64,000 nucleotides of DNA from a bacterium (GTDB lineage Bacteria > Desulfobacterota_D > UBA1144), in assembly GCA_018654605.1 (NCBI GenBank), contig JABILG010000014.1, positions 12,626-76,625 on the forward strand, written 5' to 3'. The notes under the pieces are model-generated. The model was not told where the DNA came from and did no database searches. It saw nothing but the letters and a program-made list of their open reading frames with translations. Positions 28,094 to 37,951 of this stretch are shown here, in pieces; the stretch's first letter is position 1; each line of letters opens with the position of its first letter. A program made the translations under genes and the position numbers.

Positions 28094-28333
28094 ATGATTG
28101 GTGAATCTGTCAACTTTATGATAACTGGAATGAGTGTTGTTTTTATGTTTCTGGTTATAATGGTCTTAGTACTCGAGGCGCAAGGAAAATTAATTAACTA
28201 TTTTATTGCTTCTGAGGAAAGTGTTTCTTCAAATGAACCCCAAATCAATTCAGGTAAACCATCTGAGGCCAAAAAAGTAGCTATTATTTCAGCTGCCGTA
28301 AAACATCATATAGAAGAAAATTCAAAGAAATAG
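28094..28333 (+). CDS. oadG: Oxaloacetate decarboxylase gamma subunit
   Basis: 79 aa with an N-terminal TM (ITGMSVVFMFLVIMVLVL) typical of OadG. AAAGGAG SD. Directly upstream of oadA and oadB. Confidence 0.8.
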   Translation: MIGESVNFMITGMSVVFMFLVIMVLVLEAQGKLINYFIASEESVSSNEPQINSGKPSEAKKVAIISAAVKHHIEENSKK

Positions 28334-28369
28334 TCTATTTTGATGGATAGCATTACATTAAAGTGAAAG

Positions 28370-30202
28370 ATGGGAACTATGAGTAAAAAATATATAGACA
28401 TAATGGATACAACCTTTAGAGATGGTTTTCAATCTGTCTTTGGAGGAAGAGTGTTAATGGAAGACTTCCTGCCAGCAGTTGAAGAAGCTAAAAAAGCTGG
28501 TGTTACGCACTTTGAATTTGGAGGTGGAGCAAGATTCCAAAGTTTATTCTTTTATTTAAATGAGAATGCTTTTGATATGATGGACAAGTTTCGTGAAATT
28601 ACTGGTCCTAATGCAAACCTTCAGACCCTTTCTCGGGGAATCAATACAGTAGCTCTAGATACTGGTAGTAGAGATATTGTCGATCTTCACGCAAAGATGT
28701 TCAAAAAACATGGGACAACAACTATACGAAATTTTGATGCACTTAATGATGTTTCAAACCTAGAATTTAGTGCCAAGTGTATCAATAATCATGGATTGAA
28801 TCATGAGGTTGTTATAACTGTAATGGACTTGCCACCCGGTTGCATAGGTGCTCATGACGTAGAGTTCTATGAAAAAATACTTAGACAAATTCTTAATTCA
28901 GACATAAAGTTCACATCCTTATGTTTTAAAGATGCTAGTGGTACAGCGCATCCCAAAAAGGTTTACGATACAATTAAGATGGCCAGGAACTTATTACCTA
29001 AAGATGCTCATATAAGATTTCATACTCATGAAAGTGCTGGAATCAGCGTAGCATGTTATCTGGCAGCTCTAGAAGCAGGAGCAGATGGTATAGATACAGC
29101 TATTGCACCAGTATCAGGCGGAACAAGCCAACCTGATATACTTACAATGTTACATGCCACCAAAAATTCTAATTTTAATTTAAGTGACCTAGAATCCTCT
29201 AAATTAATGAAAGTGAAAGAATGCTTGGCAGACTTGTTGAAAGAATATTACGTCCCTAGAGAAGCAAAAAGAGTCTCGCCCTTGATTCCTTTCTCTCCGA
29301 TGCCTGGTGGAGCGCTTACTGCAAATACTCAAATGATGAGAGATAACAATATTTTACATAAATACCCTGAAGTTATAGCAGCCATGCGAGAAGTAGTAGA
29401 AAAAGGTGGTTATGGAACATCTGTAACACCCGTTTCACAATTCTATTGGCAACAAGCTTTTAGCAATGTCATGTTTGGGAAATGGAAAAAAATTGCTGAT
29501 GGTTACGGAAGAATGGTTCTTGGTTATTTTGGCAAAACACCAATTGCCCCAGATCCAGAGATTGTTAAGCTGGCTTCAGAACAATTAAAGCTAGAGCCCA
29601 CTAAAGAAAATCCTTTAGATATTGCAGATAAAGACGAAAGAAAGAGTATTAATTTCTGGAAAAATATATTAAAAGATAAAAAGCTAGACACTACAGATGA
29701 AAACATCTTCATTGCTGCTGCATGTGCAGAAAAAGGTATTGAATTTTTAGAAGGCAAAACTAAGGCTAATGTGAGGAAAAATATTAGCGACGATGAAGAA
29801 TCAAATCAGAAAAAAGAATCAAAGAGCGATGAGAATGTTTCGGCTTATACAATTCTGTTAGATGGTGAATCCTATAATGTCCAGGTTGCCGCTGGATCGA
29901 ATGCTGATATAGTTTCTACCCTAGGCAAAGTACAAGTCACTGGAATTAAGAAAACTTCTACTGAAGATGATGCTGCTCAAACAGGATCCGGACAGAACGT
30001 TACAGCGCCTGTAAATGGTGTAGTATTCAAAGTAATGTGTTCAAACGGAGACAAAGTTCAACCTGATCAAACAGTAATAGTACTAGAGTCTATGAAAATG
30101 GAAATCGAGGTAAAAGCAGGTGTTAGTGGTATTGTTAATTCAATAACAGTTAATCAGGGTCAGAATGTTGAAGAAGGAGATACAATACTAGTTGTTTCGT
30201 AA
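28370..30202 (+). CDS. oadA: Oxaloacetate decarboxylase alpha subunit (carboxyltransferase plus biotinyl domain)
   Basis: [12 protein letters not shown] and the [11 protein letters not shown] carboxyltransferase core. C-terminal biotinyl-lysine motif ESMKME. Confidence 0.9.
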   Translation: MGTMSKKYIDIMDTTFRDGFQSVFGGRVLMEDFLPAVEEAKKAGVTHFEFGGGARFQSLFFYLNENAFDMMDKFREITGPNANLQTLSRGINTVALDTGSRDIVDLHAKMFKKHGTTTIRNFDALNDVSNLEFSAKCINNHGLNHEVVITVMDLPPGCIGAHDVEFYEKILRQILNSDIKFTSLCFKDASGTAHPKKVYDTIKMARNLLPKDAHIRFHTHESAGISVACYLAALEAGADGIDTAIAPVSGGTSQPDILTMLHATKNSNFNLSDLESSKLMKVKECLADLLKEYYVPREAKRVSPLIPFSPMPGGALTANTQMMRDNNILHKYPEVIAAMREVVEKGGYGTSVTPVSQFYWQQAFSNVMFGKWKKIADGYGRMVLGYFGKTPIAPDPEIVKLASEQLKLEPTKENPLDIADKDERKSINFWKNILKDKKLDTTDENIFIAAACAEKGIEFLEGKTKANVRKNISDDEESNQKKESKSDENVSAYTILLDGESYNVQVAAGSNADIVSTLGKVQVTGIKKTSTEDDAAQTGSGQNVTAPVNGVVFKVMCSNGDKVQPDQTVIVLESMKMEIEVKAGVSGIVNSITVNQGQNVEEGDTILVVS

Positions 30203-30203
30203 T

Positions 30204-31532
30204 ATGGTGAACATTAAGACTTATATATCTATAGCTCTACTGTTCTTTATTTTTATTAGTTTCTCTAATGATGCATATTCTGCTCAGAATAATAATATAA
30301 AAGTTGAGCAAAAGGAATATGAACCTAAGAATGTTAAAGAGCTTTTCAAGAGTTTTTATAAGTCAACTGGGGTATATGAATTTTTAAATCCTATTGAAGG
30401 TAAGCTGGGTCCTGAAAAGTTAAAACCTATGTCAAAATTCTCACAAAGTTTTGGAAGAATTTTAATGATAATGATATGTATTCTTCTTTTTTATTTGGCT
30501 ATTTCAAAAAATTTTGAACCATTATTACTATTGCCAATTGGATTTGGAGGATTATTAGCAAATATTCCTATAGCTGAAATTGCAGGTCCGAATGGATTCT
30601 TAGGAATACTATATTCTTTAGGTGTTCAAAATGGTCTCTTCCCTATTATAATTTTTATGGGTGTTGGTGCCATGACGGATTTTGGACCATTAATAGCAAA
30701 TCCAAAAACTGCATTATTAGGTGCTGCGGCACAGTTCGGTATATTTGGTTCTCTTGTTGGAGCTGTTTTTCTTTCACAAAATACAAGTATTATTGATTTC
30801 TCACTTCAAGACTCTGCCGCAATTAGTATTATTGGTGGAGCAGATGGACCAACAGCGATTTTCATAGCATCAAGACTAGCTCCTGATCTACTAGGGGCAA
30901 TCGCGGTAGCAGCTTATTCATATATGGCATTAGTCCCTATTATACAACCACCTATAATGAGAGCCCTAACATCAGAAGATGAGAGAAAGATTAAAATGGT
31001 TCAACTAAGAAAGGTTAATAAATTAGAAAAGATATTCTTTCCTATAACCTTACTCATTCTATGCATCTTAGTATTACCAGATGCAACACCCCTTGTTGGT
31101 GCGCTGTGTTTTGGCAACTTCTTAAAAGAATCTGGTGCTGTTGATAGACTTTCTGATACAATGCAAAACTCTTTGATAAATATAGTAACTATATTCTTAG
31201 GGCTCGCTGTTGGATCTAAATTAGCTGCTGAGAAATTCTTAGTACCAGAAACACTTGGAATTATCATTATAGGACTGGTTGCTTTTTCGCTAGGAACAGC
31301 CACTGGGGTCCTAATGGGCAAACTCCTTAACAAGCTCAGCAAAGATCCTATAAATCCACTAATTGGAGCAGCAGGGGTATCTGCAGTCCCTATGGCAGCT
31401 CGTGTTGTAAGTAAGGTTGGGAACGAAGAGGACTCCTCTAACATACTCCTTATGCATGCAATGGGACCTAATGTTTCAGGTGTTATAGGCTCAGCTGTAG
31501 CAGCCGGTGTATTAATATCTATCTTTGCTTAA
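30204..31532 (+). CDS. oadB: Oxaloacetate decarboxylase beta subunit (Na+-translocating)
   Basis: [28 protein letters not shown] and [14 protein letters not shown] place the start at ATG 30204, 1 nt after the oadA stop. There is an N-terminal extension of about 60 aa with an extra hydrophobic segment compared with the Klebsiella OadB as I remember it. Confidence 0.9.
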   Translation: MVNIKTYISIALLFFIFISFSNDAYSAQNNNIKVEQKEYEPKNVKELFKSFYKSTGVYEFLNPIEGKLGPEKLKPMSKFSQSFGRILMIMICILLFYLAISKNFEPLLLLPIGFGGLLANIPIAEIAGPNGFLGILYSLGVQNGLFPIIIFMGVGAMTDFGPLIANPKTALLGAAAQFGIFGSLVGAVFLSQNTSIIDFSLQDSAAISIIGGADGPTAIFIASRLAPDLLGAIAVAAYSYMALVPIIQPPIMRALTSEDERKIKMVQLRKVNKLEKIFFPITLLILCILVLPDATPLVGALCFGNFLKESGAVDRLSDTMQNSLINIVTIFLGLAVGSKLAAEKFLVPETLGIIIIGLVAFSLGTATGVLMGKLLNKLSKDPINPLIGAAGVSAVPMAARVVSKVGNEEDSSNILLMHAMGPNVSGVIGSAVAAGVLISIFA

Positions 31533-31533
31533 T

Positions 31534-32010
31534 ATGAAAATTATATTTGATATTGAAACTGATGGTTTTCTTCAGAACTTAACTAAGATTCATTGTTTTG
31601 CTACATTCGAAATTGAAAAAAAAGAATCTAAATCCTTTAGAAAGAATTTAATTAAAGGAATAGAATACCTAGAAAGTGCTGACCTGCTAATAGGACACAA
31701 TATTCTAAAATTTGACATACCAGCAATTAAAAAAATCTACAACTTTAATCCAAAAGCAGAAATCTTTGACACACTTGAATATGCAAGAAGAATATGGCCT
31801 AAAATAATTGAGTCGGACAACAAAGAAGATAGAATACCAATTGAATATAGAGGTAGGCATTCACTTAAAGCATGGGGCTACAGACTAAGTAATTTTAAGG
31901 GTGATTATAATGGTCCTTGGACTGTATATAGTGAAGAAATGATGAAATACTGCATTCAAGACGTCAATGTAACATATGAGCTATGGAAGAAGATTCAGTC
32001 ACATCTTTAG
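31534..32010 (+). CDS. Stand-alone DnaQ-fold 3'-5' exonuclease, T7 DNA polymerase N-terminal domain type
   Basis: MKIIFDIETDGFLQNLTKIHC (Exo I DxE), GHNILKFDIPAI (Exo II), GRHSLKAWGYRLSNFKGDY and SEEMMKYCIQDVNVT (Exo III YxxxD) align with T7 gp5 residues 1 to about 190. The ORF ends at the exonuclease domain boundary. ATG 31534 lies 1 nt after the oadB stop. Confidence 0.7.
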   Translation: MKIIFDIETDGFLQNLTKIHCFATFEIEKKESKSFRKNLIKGIEYLESADLLIGHNILKFDIPAIKKIYNFNPKAEIFDTLEYARRIWPKIIESDNKEDRIPIEYRGRHSLKAWGYRLSNFKGDYNGPWTVYSEEMMKYCIQDVNVTYELWKKIQSHL

Positions 32011-32487
32011 ATCCTTCCCGGGGTAAAATCTATAAAAGAAAAATAATGTCAAAAATAAAACATTTGTTAACCAAACTTCTGGTGTAGCCCAAGAGATACC
32101 ATCCAGATAAACATCACTTATAGGCCAAAAAATTTTAGTTGGAAAGAACTCCTTACTATGGAACGGAAAGTCAAGCAAAATATGAAAGGACCAAGATAGA
32201 GCGGCAAAGGCAAGAATCTTTTTCTTGAAATATAAAAGAACGGCTATTAAAAGGAAAGAAGTAATAAAGCTATGTGAAAAATCATATAGATAAAAAACCC
32301 AATCAGGTATCTCAACTATCTCAGGCCTACCTAGAATCTTACCACTAGAGTTCTTAAAAAGTTTAAAAATAGTGAAAGGAACAAATGCAATTAAGTCTGG
32401 AGCAACACCAAAAAGAAAAGGAGAGAATTTTGCACCTCTATAACCAAATAATGCTTTTCCCCATAGGGCATGACTAAATGTGTCCAA
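31999..32487 (-). CDS. Membrane-bound metal-dependent hydrolase (YdjM/DUF457-like)
   Basis: N-terminal (M)DTFSHALWG and His-rich TM segments. TTG start 3 nt after the hflC stop. Confidence 0.55.
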   Translation of the reverse strand: MDTFSHALWGKALFGYRGAKFSPFLFGVAPDLIAFVPFTIFKLFKNSSGKILGRPEIVEIPDWVFYLYDFSHSFITSFLLIAVLLYFKKKILAFAALSWSFHILLDFPFHSKEFFPTKIFWPISDVYLDGISWATPEVWLTNVLFLTLFFFYRFYPGKDLKM

Positions 32488-32490
32488 ATT

Positions 32491-33336
32491 CTAGTTTCTC
32501 TTTTGAATTAAATCTAGCAAGCTGGAATTCATAGGCAGGAAGATAATAGTCTTTTCATCAATAATTCTCTCATAAGTTTCTAACTTTTTCATAAATTCAT
32601 AAAAATCAGGATCCTTACTGTAGGATGAAGAGTAAATTTGAGTGGCCTTCTTGTCTCCCTCACCTTTTATTTTTTCACTAGTCTCGAATGCTTTTGCAAT
32701 TATAATTTCTTTATTCTTATTTGTTTCTGCTCTTATTTTTGCAGATTCTTCCTCACCTTCAGATCTATATCTTTTAGAAATCCTTTGTCTTTCTGCTACC
32801 ATTCTGTCATAAACACTTTGTTGAACTTCAGATGGTAAATCAGCTCTTTTAATTCTGACATCAACTAGCTCGATACCATACTCTGAAAGTTTTTCACTAC
32901 TCCCTTCCTTTACCTTGTCCATGATTAGCTCTCTATTCTCCGCTATGACTTCATTTATGTTATGCGTAGCAAGTTCTTCTCTAAGTTCAGAATAAACTAT
33001 ATCCTCTATTCTTGTGTTAGCACTAAAGAAATTTCTAACAGATTTAAAGAAAACTAGAGGATCTTTAATTCTCCATCTAGCTAAAAAGTCTACTATTAAT
33101 CTTTTTTTATCTAGTGTTAAATATTGACCAGGAGGAGCATCAGTTGAAAGCATTCTTTTTTCAAATCTTGAAATCTTTTCTACAAACGGTTTCTTAAAAT
33201 GTATTCCTGGCTCAGTAACAGATCTTTTAAATTCACCAAATTCTGTAATAATTGCCTGCTCTGCTTCGTCAATTGTATAAACAAAAGATGGAACAAGTAT
33301 TGCTAGAAGAATAATTAAAGGTAAAAACTTTTTCAT
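32491..33336 (-). CDS. hflC: Protease modulator HflC (SPFH/band-7)
   Basis: N-terminal TM, SPFH domain, and the characteristic position directly downstream of hflK. Confidence 0.85.
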   Translation of the reverse strand: MKKFLPLIILLAILVPSFVYTIDEAEQAIITEFGEFKRSVTEPGIHFKKPFVEKISRFEKRMLSTDAPPGQYLTLDKKRLIVDFLARWRIKDPLVFFKSVRNFFSANTRIEDIVYSELREELATHNINEVIAENRELIMDKVKEGSSEKLSEYGIELVDVRIKRADLPSEVQQSVYDRMVAERQRISKRYRSEGEEESAKIRAETNKNKEIIIAKAFETSEKIKGEGDKKATQIYSSSYSKDPDFYEFMKKLETYERIIDEKTIIFLPMNSSLLDLIQKRN

Positions 33337-33339
33337 AAA

Positions 33340-34344
33340 CTAATCCTTGAATATATCTCCCAACTGAAGGAGGTTTAGTGCGCCACTAGAAGAGTCAGTG
33401 CCAATTACTTTTTTTGGTTTTTGGAGAATTTCAGATAATTTCTCTAAATATATTCTAGACTTTGTTACAGCTTTGTCTTTTCTGTATTCAGAGTAGACCT
33501 GATTAAATCTTGATGTATCACCCATCGCAGTTGATATTCTTTGTTCTCTGTAACCTTCAGCTTCTTTAATCATCTTCTCAGCTTCGCCACGGGCCTTAGG
33601 TATAACGTCTTCATAATAACCTTTTGCTTCGTTAATTAATCTTTCTTTGTCTTCTTTCGCTCTAACCACTTCATTAAAAGCATCTTTAACCTCATCTGGG
33701 GGGTCAACTATTTGGAGTTTAACATCTGTAATTTGAACACCTGAACTGTAAGAGTCTAATAAAATTTGAAGAAATTCTTTAGTTTTGACCTGAATTTGAT
33801 CTCTTCCTGTAGTTAAAGCATCATCTATATTCGTTACCCCTACAGTACTTCTGAGGGCAACTTCAGCAGTATTTTTAATCGTAAGCATTGGATTAACTAC
33901 TTTAAATAAATAATTTCCCGGATCTTTAATTTTCCATTGAATGATAGCCTGAGCACTGACAATATTTTCATCTTTAGTAATCATTAATGATTCTTGAAGA
34001 ACATTAACTCTAGCTCTTTCTGACCTAAAACCAATCTCAATTCTTCTTACTTTTTCAACGTTAACTTTTGTTAACTTATCTATAAGAGGAATCTTTAGAT
34101 TTAAACCTGGGGATTTATATGAAGAAAACTTACCAAAACGTTGAACAACTCCAACTTCACCCGGCTCTATAGTGTATATGCTAGATAGGACTGCTAGAAC
34201 TCCAAGGAAGATAGGAACAATGATAAATAACTTTTTTATATTTTTTTTATCATCAGGATTAATTGTTGGAATACTTCCGTTAGTTGTACCTCTCCTATCT
34301 AGGTTGTTTAAAAATTCAACTATGAGTTTTATTAATCTGAACAT
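33340..34344 (-). CDS. hflK: Protease modulator HflK (SPFH/band-7)
   Basis: TM, then IEPGEVGVVQRFGKF and the SPFH domain, followed by a coiled-coil region with EAEGY. Confidence 0.85.
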   Translation of the reverse strand: MFRLIKLIVEFLNNLDRRGTTNGSIPTINPDDKKNIKKLFIIVPIFLGVLAVLSSIYTIEPGEVGVVQRFGKFSSYKSPGLNLKIPLIDKLTKVNVEKVRRIEIGFRSERARVNVLQESLMITKDENIVSAQAIIQWKIKDPGNYLFKVVNPMLTIKNTAEVALRSTVGVTNIDDALTTGRDQIQVKTKEFLQILLDSYSSGVQITDVKLQIVDPPDEVKDAFNEVVRAKEDKERLINEAKGYYEDVIPKARGEAEKMIKEAEGYREQRISTAMGDTSRFNQVYSEYRKDKAVTKSRIYLEKLSEILQKPKKVIGTDSSSGALNLLQLGDIFKD

Positions 34345-34392
34345 TAAGTAAATATTAACTAAGAAAAATGAATTTACCTACTAAAAAAAATA

Positions 34393-35577
34393 TTATTTTA
34401 TAAACTTATTGATAATGCTTGCAATAGTTAAATCCCCAGCAACATTTATCGAAGTTCTAAACATGTCTAGCAATCTATCTACACCTGCAATAATTGCTAT
34501 TGCCTCCAACGGGATCCCAACAGATGAAAAAACAATTGTCATCATTACTAATGCTACCGAAGGGACACCAGCTGCACCAATGCTACCTATAGTTGCAGTC
34601 AGACAGATAACTAAATATTCATTAAATGTGAATTCGATACCTAGTATTTGTGCTACGAATAAGGCTGCTAGTCCAAGATAGATTGCTGAACCATCCATGT
34701 TTACTGTAACCCCTATTGGAATAACAAAAGAGGATACTTCTTTGTTTATTTTTAATTCATCTTCAGCTGTCTTCAAAGTCAAAGGCATTGTAGCAGCACT
34801 ACTAGAGGAAAAGAAGGCAAAAATTAGAGTATTTTTTATCTTACTGAAAAAATAGTAAGGGGATATTCCAGCGAGATATTTGACTATCGCTCCATAAAAA
34901 ACAAACATGTAAGTTATAAAAATCAGTATAGAACTAATAACAAATCGCAATAGGGAATATATTGTTTCACCCTCTACCTCTATTAGCAAATTTGCAAACA
35001 ATGAAAATATTGCTAGCGGAGCTAAGAGCATAATATAGTTTGTAATATTAATCACTAAACTATTAATGTTAGACAAAATGCCAACTATCTTTTGATTATA
35101 TTTTGCTGTAAAACGAACAGAAACGCCCAAAATTAAAGATAGAATCATAATAGCAAAAGGGTTGGCTTCTGTTATTAAATTAAAAAAATTACTAAAATCT
35201 ATGGCTAAAACTGATAGAGAAGATCCTATATCAACTTGAGCACTAACTAAATCCTCAGGATTAGGAATATATTTATTTTCCACACCAAAATCAAGAAAAG
35301 AGCCGACAATTAATGCAAAAGTGATAGCAATAAGTGTTGAGGCTATATAAAGGATTAGCGTTAAAGGTACAATTTTTTTTACATTGCTAAATGCATCAAA
35401 AGAAGCAATTGAATATGTAATAGTCCCAAAAATCAAAAAAGGAACAAATGCTTTAAGAAGTTCTATGAAATATTTACCAAGAAATTTAGACTTAATCACA
35501 AGACTAGGAAAGAAATTAGCACATAAAATTGCTAAGATTAGAGAAAGTAACATTAGTAAAGAAAGTTTTTTATGCAT
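34393..35577 (-). CDS. Dicarboxylate/amino acid:cation symporter (DAACS, GltP/DctA-like)
   Basis: SSSAATMPLT, NMDGSAIY and AAGVPS motifs. Confidence 0.85.
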   Translation of the reverse strand: MHKKLSLLMLLSLILAILCANFFPSLVIKSKFLGKYFIELLKAFVPFLIFGTITYSIASFDAFSNVKKIVPLTLILYIASTLIAITFALIVGSFLDFGVENKYIPNPEDLVSAQVDIGSSLSVLAIDFSNFFNLITEANPFAIMILSLILGVSVRFTAKYNQKIVGILSNINSLVINITNYIMLLAPLAIFSLFANLLIEVEGETIYSLLRFVISSILIFITYMFVFYGAIVKYLAGISPYYFFSKIKNTLIFAFFSSSSAATMPLTLKTAEDELKINKEVSSFVIPIGVTVNMDGSAIYLGLAALFVAQILGIEFTFNEYLVICLTATIGSIGAAGVPSVALVMMTIVFSSVGIPLEAIAIIAGVDRLLDMFRTSINVAGDLTIASIINKFIK

Positions 35578-35578
35578 C

Positions 35579-35947
35579 TCAATCTAAATCTATAGCGAAA
35601 GGTTTAAGTATATCCAAAGGTATTTTCTTTAAAATTTGCGAATTTGTTGAAAGCAAGTAAATCTGAGGGGCACATCCATTCTCATAAGCTTCTCTCCATC
35701 TGTCGGCACAAAGACACCATCTATCTCCTTCCTTAAGACCTTGAAAATTAAACTCTGGAACAGGTGTAGACAAATCATTACCTTTTTGTTTTGAAAAAGC
35801 CAAAAAATCGTCTGTCATCACTGAACAGATCAAGTGTTCACCATAGTCTGTAGTATCTGTATTGCAGCATCCGTCTCTAAAGAAACCTGTAATTGGATTA
35901 TCACCACATAAAGTGAGGTCTTCGTTAAAAACATTTTTGTTATTCAT
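35579..35947 (-). CDS. DUF2237 family protein
   Basis: PITGFFRDGCCNT...GEHLICSVMTDDFLAF...GNDLSTP...GDRWCLCADRW matches the conserved DUF2237 pattern. Confidence 0.8.
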   Translation of the reverse strand: MNNKNVFNEDLTLCGDNPITGFFRDGCCNTDTTDYGEHLICSVMTDDFLAFSKQKGNDLSTPVPEFNFQGLKEGDRWCLCADRWREAYENGCAPQIYLLSTNSQILKKIPLDILKPFAIDLD

Positions 35948-36602
35948 TCTTCTTTTTTAATGGATTTATTTTTCTATTTAAGTTTTTTAATAAATCTATC
36001 TTATCCTCGACCTTTTTTGCAATTTCATTTGTCAAAGTTTCAGATTTTACAGTATAAAGGATCCATCTTGGAAAAATAAATCTCATTCTAAAGTAAACAT
36101 CAGCGTGACTAGTAGAGATTGTTGCCTCTAAGTCACTTAAAGTGATAAAATTAAAGCTAGTCAATCGATAACCATCATATTCAAGAATATTCTCACTTTT
36201 AACAATGTCAGAATCATTAGTTTTTGTTTTAGGATTATTTGTAGTTTTTCTAGATTTATCTTTCAATTTATATAATCTGAATATGCCCTCTGGACTAACA
36301 ACTTTATCTATAGCAATAGATATTGCTTTCTCACCAAAAAGAAGGCCCCCAAATTTTTTAACATCCTCAAAAATCCCTTCTATTGGATTATCTAAACCGT
36401 TCTCTCTCAATTTCTCTCTATTTTTTAAAAAAGATTTAACATCGTTTTTTAAAGACTCTTGAAGGCTGGGCCAATCCATATAGTTATTTAATGTCTGTTT
36501 GTCTTCTTTTTGAATACTTGTCCCAATTTTATATAAGCTAAAAAAAGGAGAAATATAGACTAAAAAGATTAGAGAAAGAATTAAACATAAAGAAGTTTTC
36601 AT
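35940..36602 (-). CDS. DUF2939-like membrane-anchored protein
   Basis: N-terminal TM followed by ISPFFSLYKIGTSIQKEDKQTLNNYMDWPSLQESLK, which resembles the DUF2939 N-terminal signature. Confidence 0.55.
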   Translation of the reverse strand: MKTSLCLILSLIFLVYISPFFSLYKIGTSIQKEDKQTLNNYMDWPSLQESLKNDVKSFLKNREKLRENGLDNPIEGIFEDVKKFGGLLFGEKAISIAIDKVVSPEGIFRLYKLKDKSRKTTNNPKTKTNDSDIVKSENILEYDGYRLTSFNFITLSDLEATISTSHADVYFRMRFIFPRWILYTVKSETLTNEIAKKVEDKIDLLKNLNRKINPLKKKNE

Positions 36603-36644
36603 TTTTTTTTATTCTACACTTTATTCTGAGAAAGCAAAAAAAAA

Positions 36645-37934
36645 CTATTTAATAAAGATTAAACGGTTCCCTTTATCTTGATTAAAGTAACTAAGTGCCC
36701 ACTTTGTAATTACAGAAACTTTACTACCAAAACCAATCAAATACAAAATATGAATAAAAATCCATAGCAACCAAGCAATAAAACCTTTTGATGTTATAAA
36801 CCCAAGGTCAGCCACCGCTTTGTTCCTTCCAATAACAGCTAGAGAGCCCTTGTTCTTGTACTTAAACTCTTTCTTGTATCCTTTATTGTTTGAAATTCTA
36901 TTTTTTATTAATTTTGCAACAAATTGGCCTGATTGCATCGCCACTGTAGCAACACCAGGAAGGTAGTCGTTTCCATCTTTAAATCTTGCTAAATCTCCAA
37001 TCACAAAAATATTATCGTGCTCCGGTATAGTAAAATCCTTATTTACAATAACTCTTCCCACATTATCAAGCTGGGCTCCAGTAGAGTCAGAAAGAACCCT
37101 GCCCATTACTGAAGCCATTACTCCTGCTCCCCAAAGTATTGTTTTAGCTTCAATTTTCTTACTTTCGTCATTAATTTTATAGTAAACAGTGTCATTTTGA
37201 ATGTCAGTAACGAGAGACTTTGTAAGGACTTGAACGCCCATTTCAGTAAGATATCCACGAGTGATTTCAGACAGTGATTCTTTGAAAGTGGGTAAGACAT
37301 TTGGCAAACCTTCTATTAAAAAGATTGAACATTCTTCTTTGGTATTAATATTATGGAATTGCTTCTCAAAGGTACGAAAAGCCAAGTCTGCAAGAGCACC
37401 TGCAAGCTCAACACCAGTAGGACCTCCCCCAACGATAACAAAACTTAAAAGTTGCCTTCTCCTTATTGGATCACTTTCATTTTCTGCAAGTTCAAAGGCT
37501 GTAAAAATCTTTCTTCTCATCTCAAGTGCATCTTCTATTGTCTTTAGGCCAGGTGCATTCTTTTGCCACTCATGATGACCAAAATAATGATGACTAACGC
37601 CTGTAGCGATTATAAGATCATCGTACTTAATTCTTGTATGGCTTTTTGTATTTACATGCCTACTCCTAACGTCAATTCCAGTAGCAGAATCAAGTCTAAC
37701 CGTAATATTCTCTTTCTTTCCAAATATAGATCTTATTGGTGCACTTACATCTGTTGCTGAAATAGTGCCTGTAGCAACTTGGTACAAAAGGGGTTGAAAC
37801 AAATGGAAATTTCTTCTATCTATAAGTGTTACATCCACATTAGAATCAACAAGCTCATTAACTGCGTAAAGGCCGCCAAAACCAGCTCCGACTACAACAA
37901 CATGATGTCTTTTTTCATTTGTGTGATTCATCAT
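36645..37934 (-). CDS. ndh: Type II NADH dehydrogenase (NDH-2)
   Basis: VVVVGAGFGGL and IVGGGPTGVELAG dinucleotide folds. GD motif FVIGDLA. C-terminal membrane-association helix. Confidence 0.9.
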   Translation of the reverse strand: MMNHTNEKRHHVVVVGAGFGGLYAVNELVDSNVDVTLIDRRNFHLFQPLLYQVATGTISATDVSAPIRSIFGKKENITVRLDSATGIDVRSRHVNTKSHTRIKYDDLIIATGVSHHYFGHHEWQKNAPGLKTIEDALEMRRKIFTAFELAENESDPIRRRQLLSFVIVGGGPTGVELAGALADLAFRTFEKQFHNINTKEECSIFLIEGLPNVLPTFKESLSEITRGYLTEMGVQVLTKSLVTDIQNDTVYYKINDESKKIEAKTILWGAGVMASVMGRVLSDSTGAQLDNVGRVIVNKDFTIPEHDNIFVIGDLARFKDGNDYLPGVATVAMQSGQFVAKLIKNRISNNKGYKKEFKYKNKGSLAVIGRNKAVADLGFITSKGFIAWLLWIFIHILYLIGFGSKVSVITKWALSYFNQDKGNRLIFIK

Positions 37935-37951
37935 TGCATATTATAACTAAT

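Noticed and set aside
31001-31444. 147-aa minus-strand ORF.
   Set aside because: It is antisense within oadB. This is a shadow ORF.
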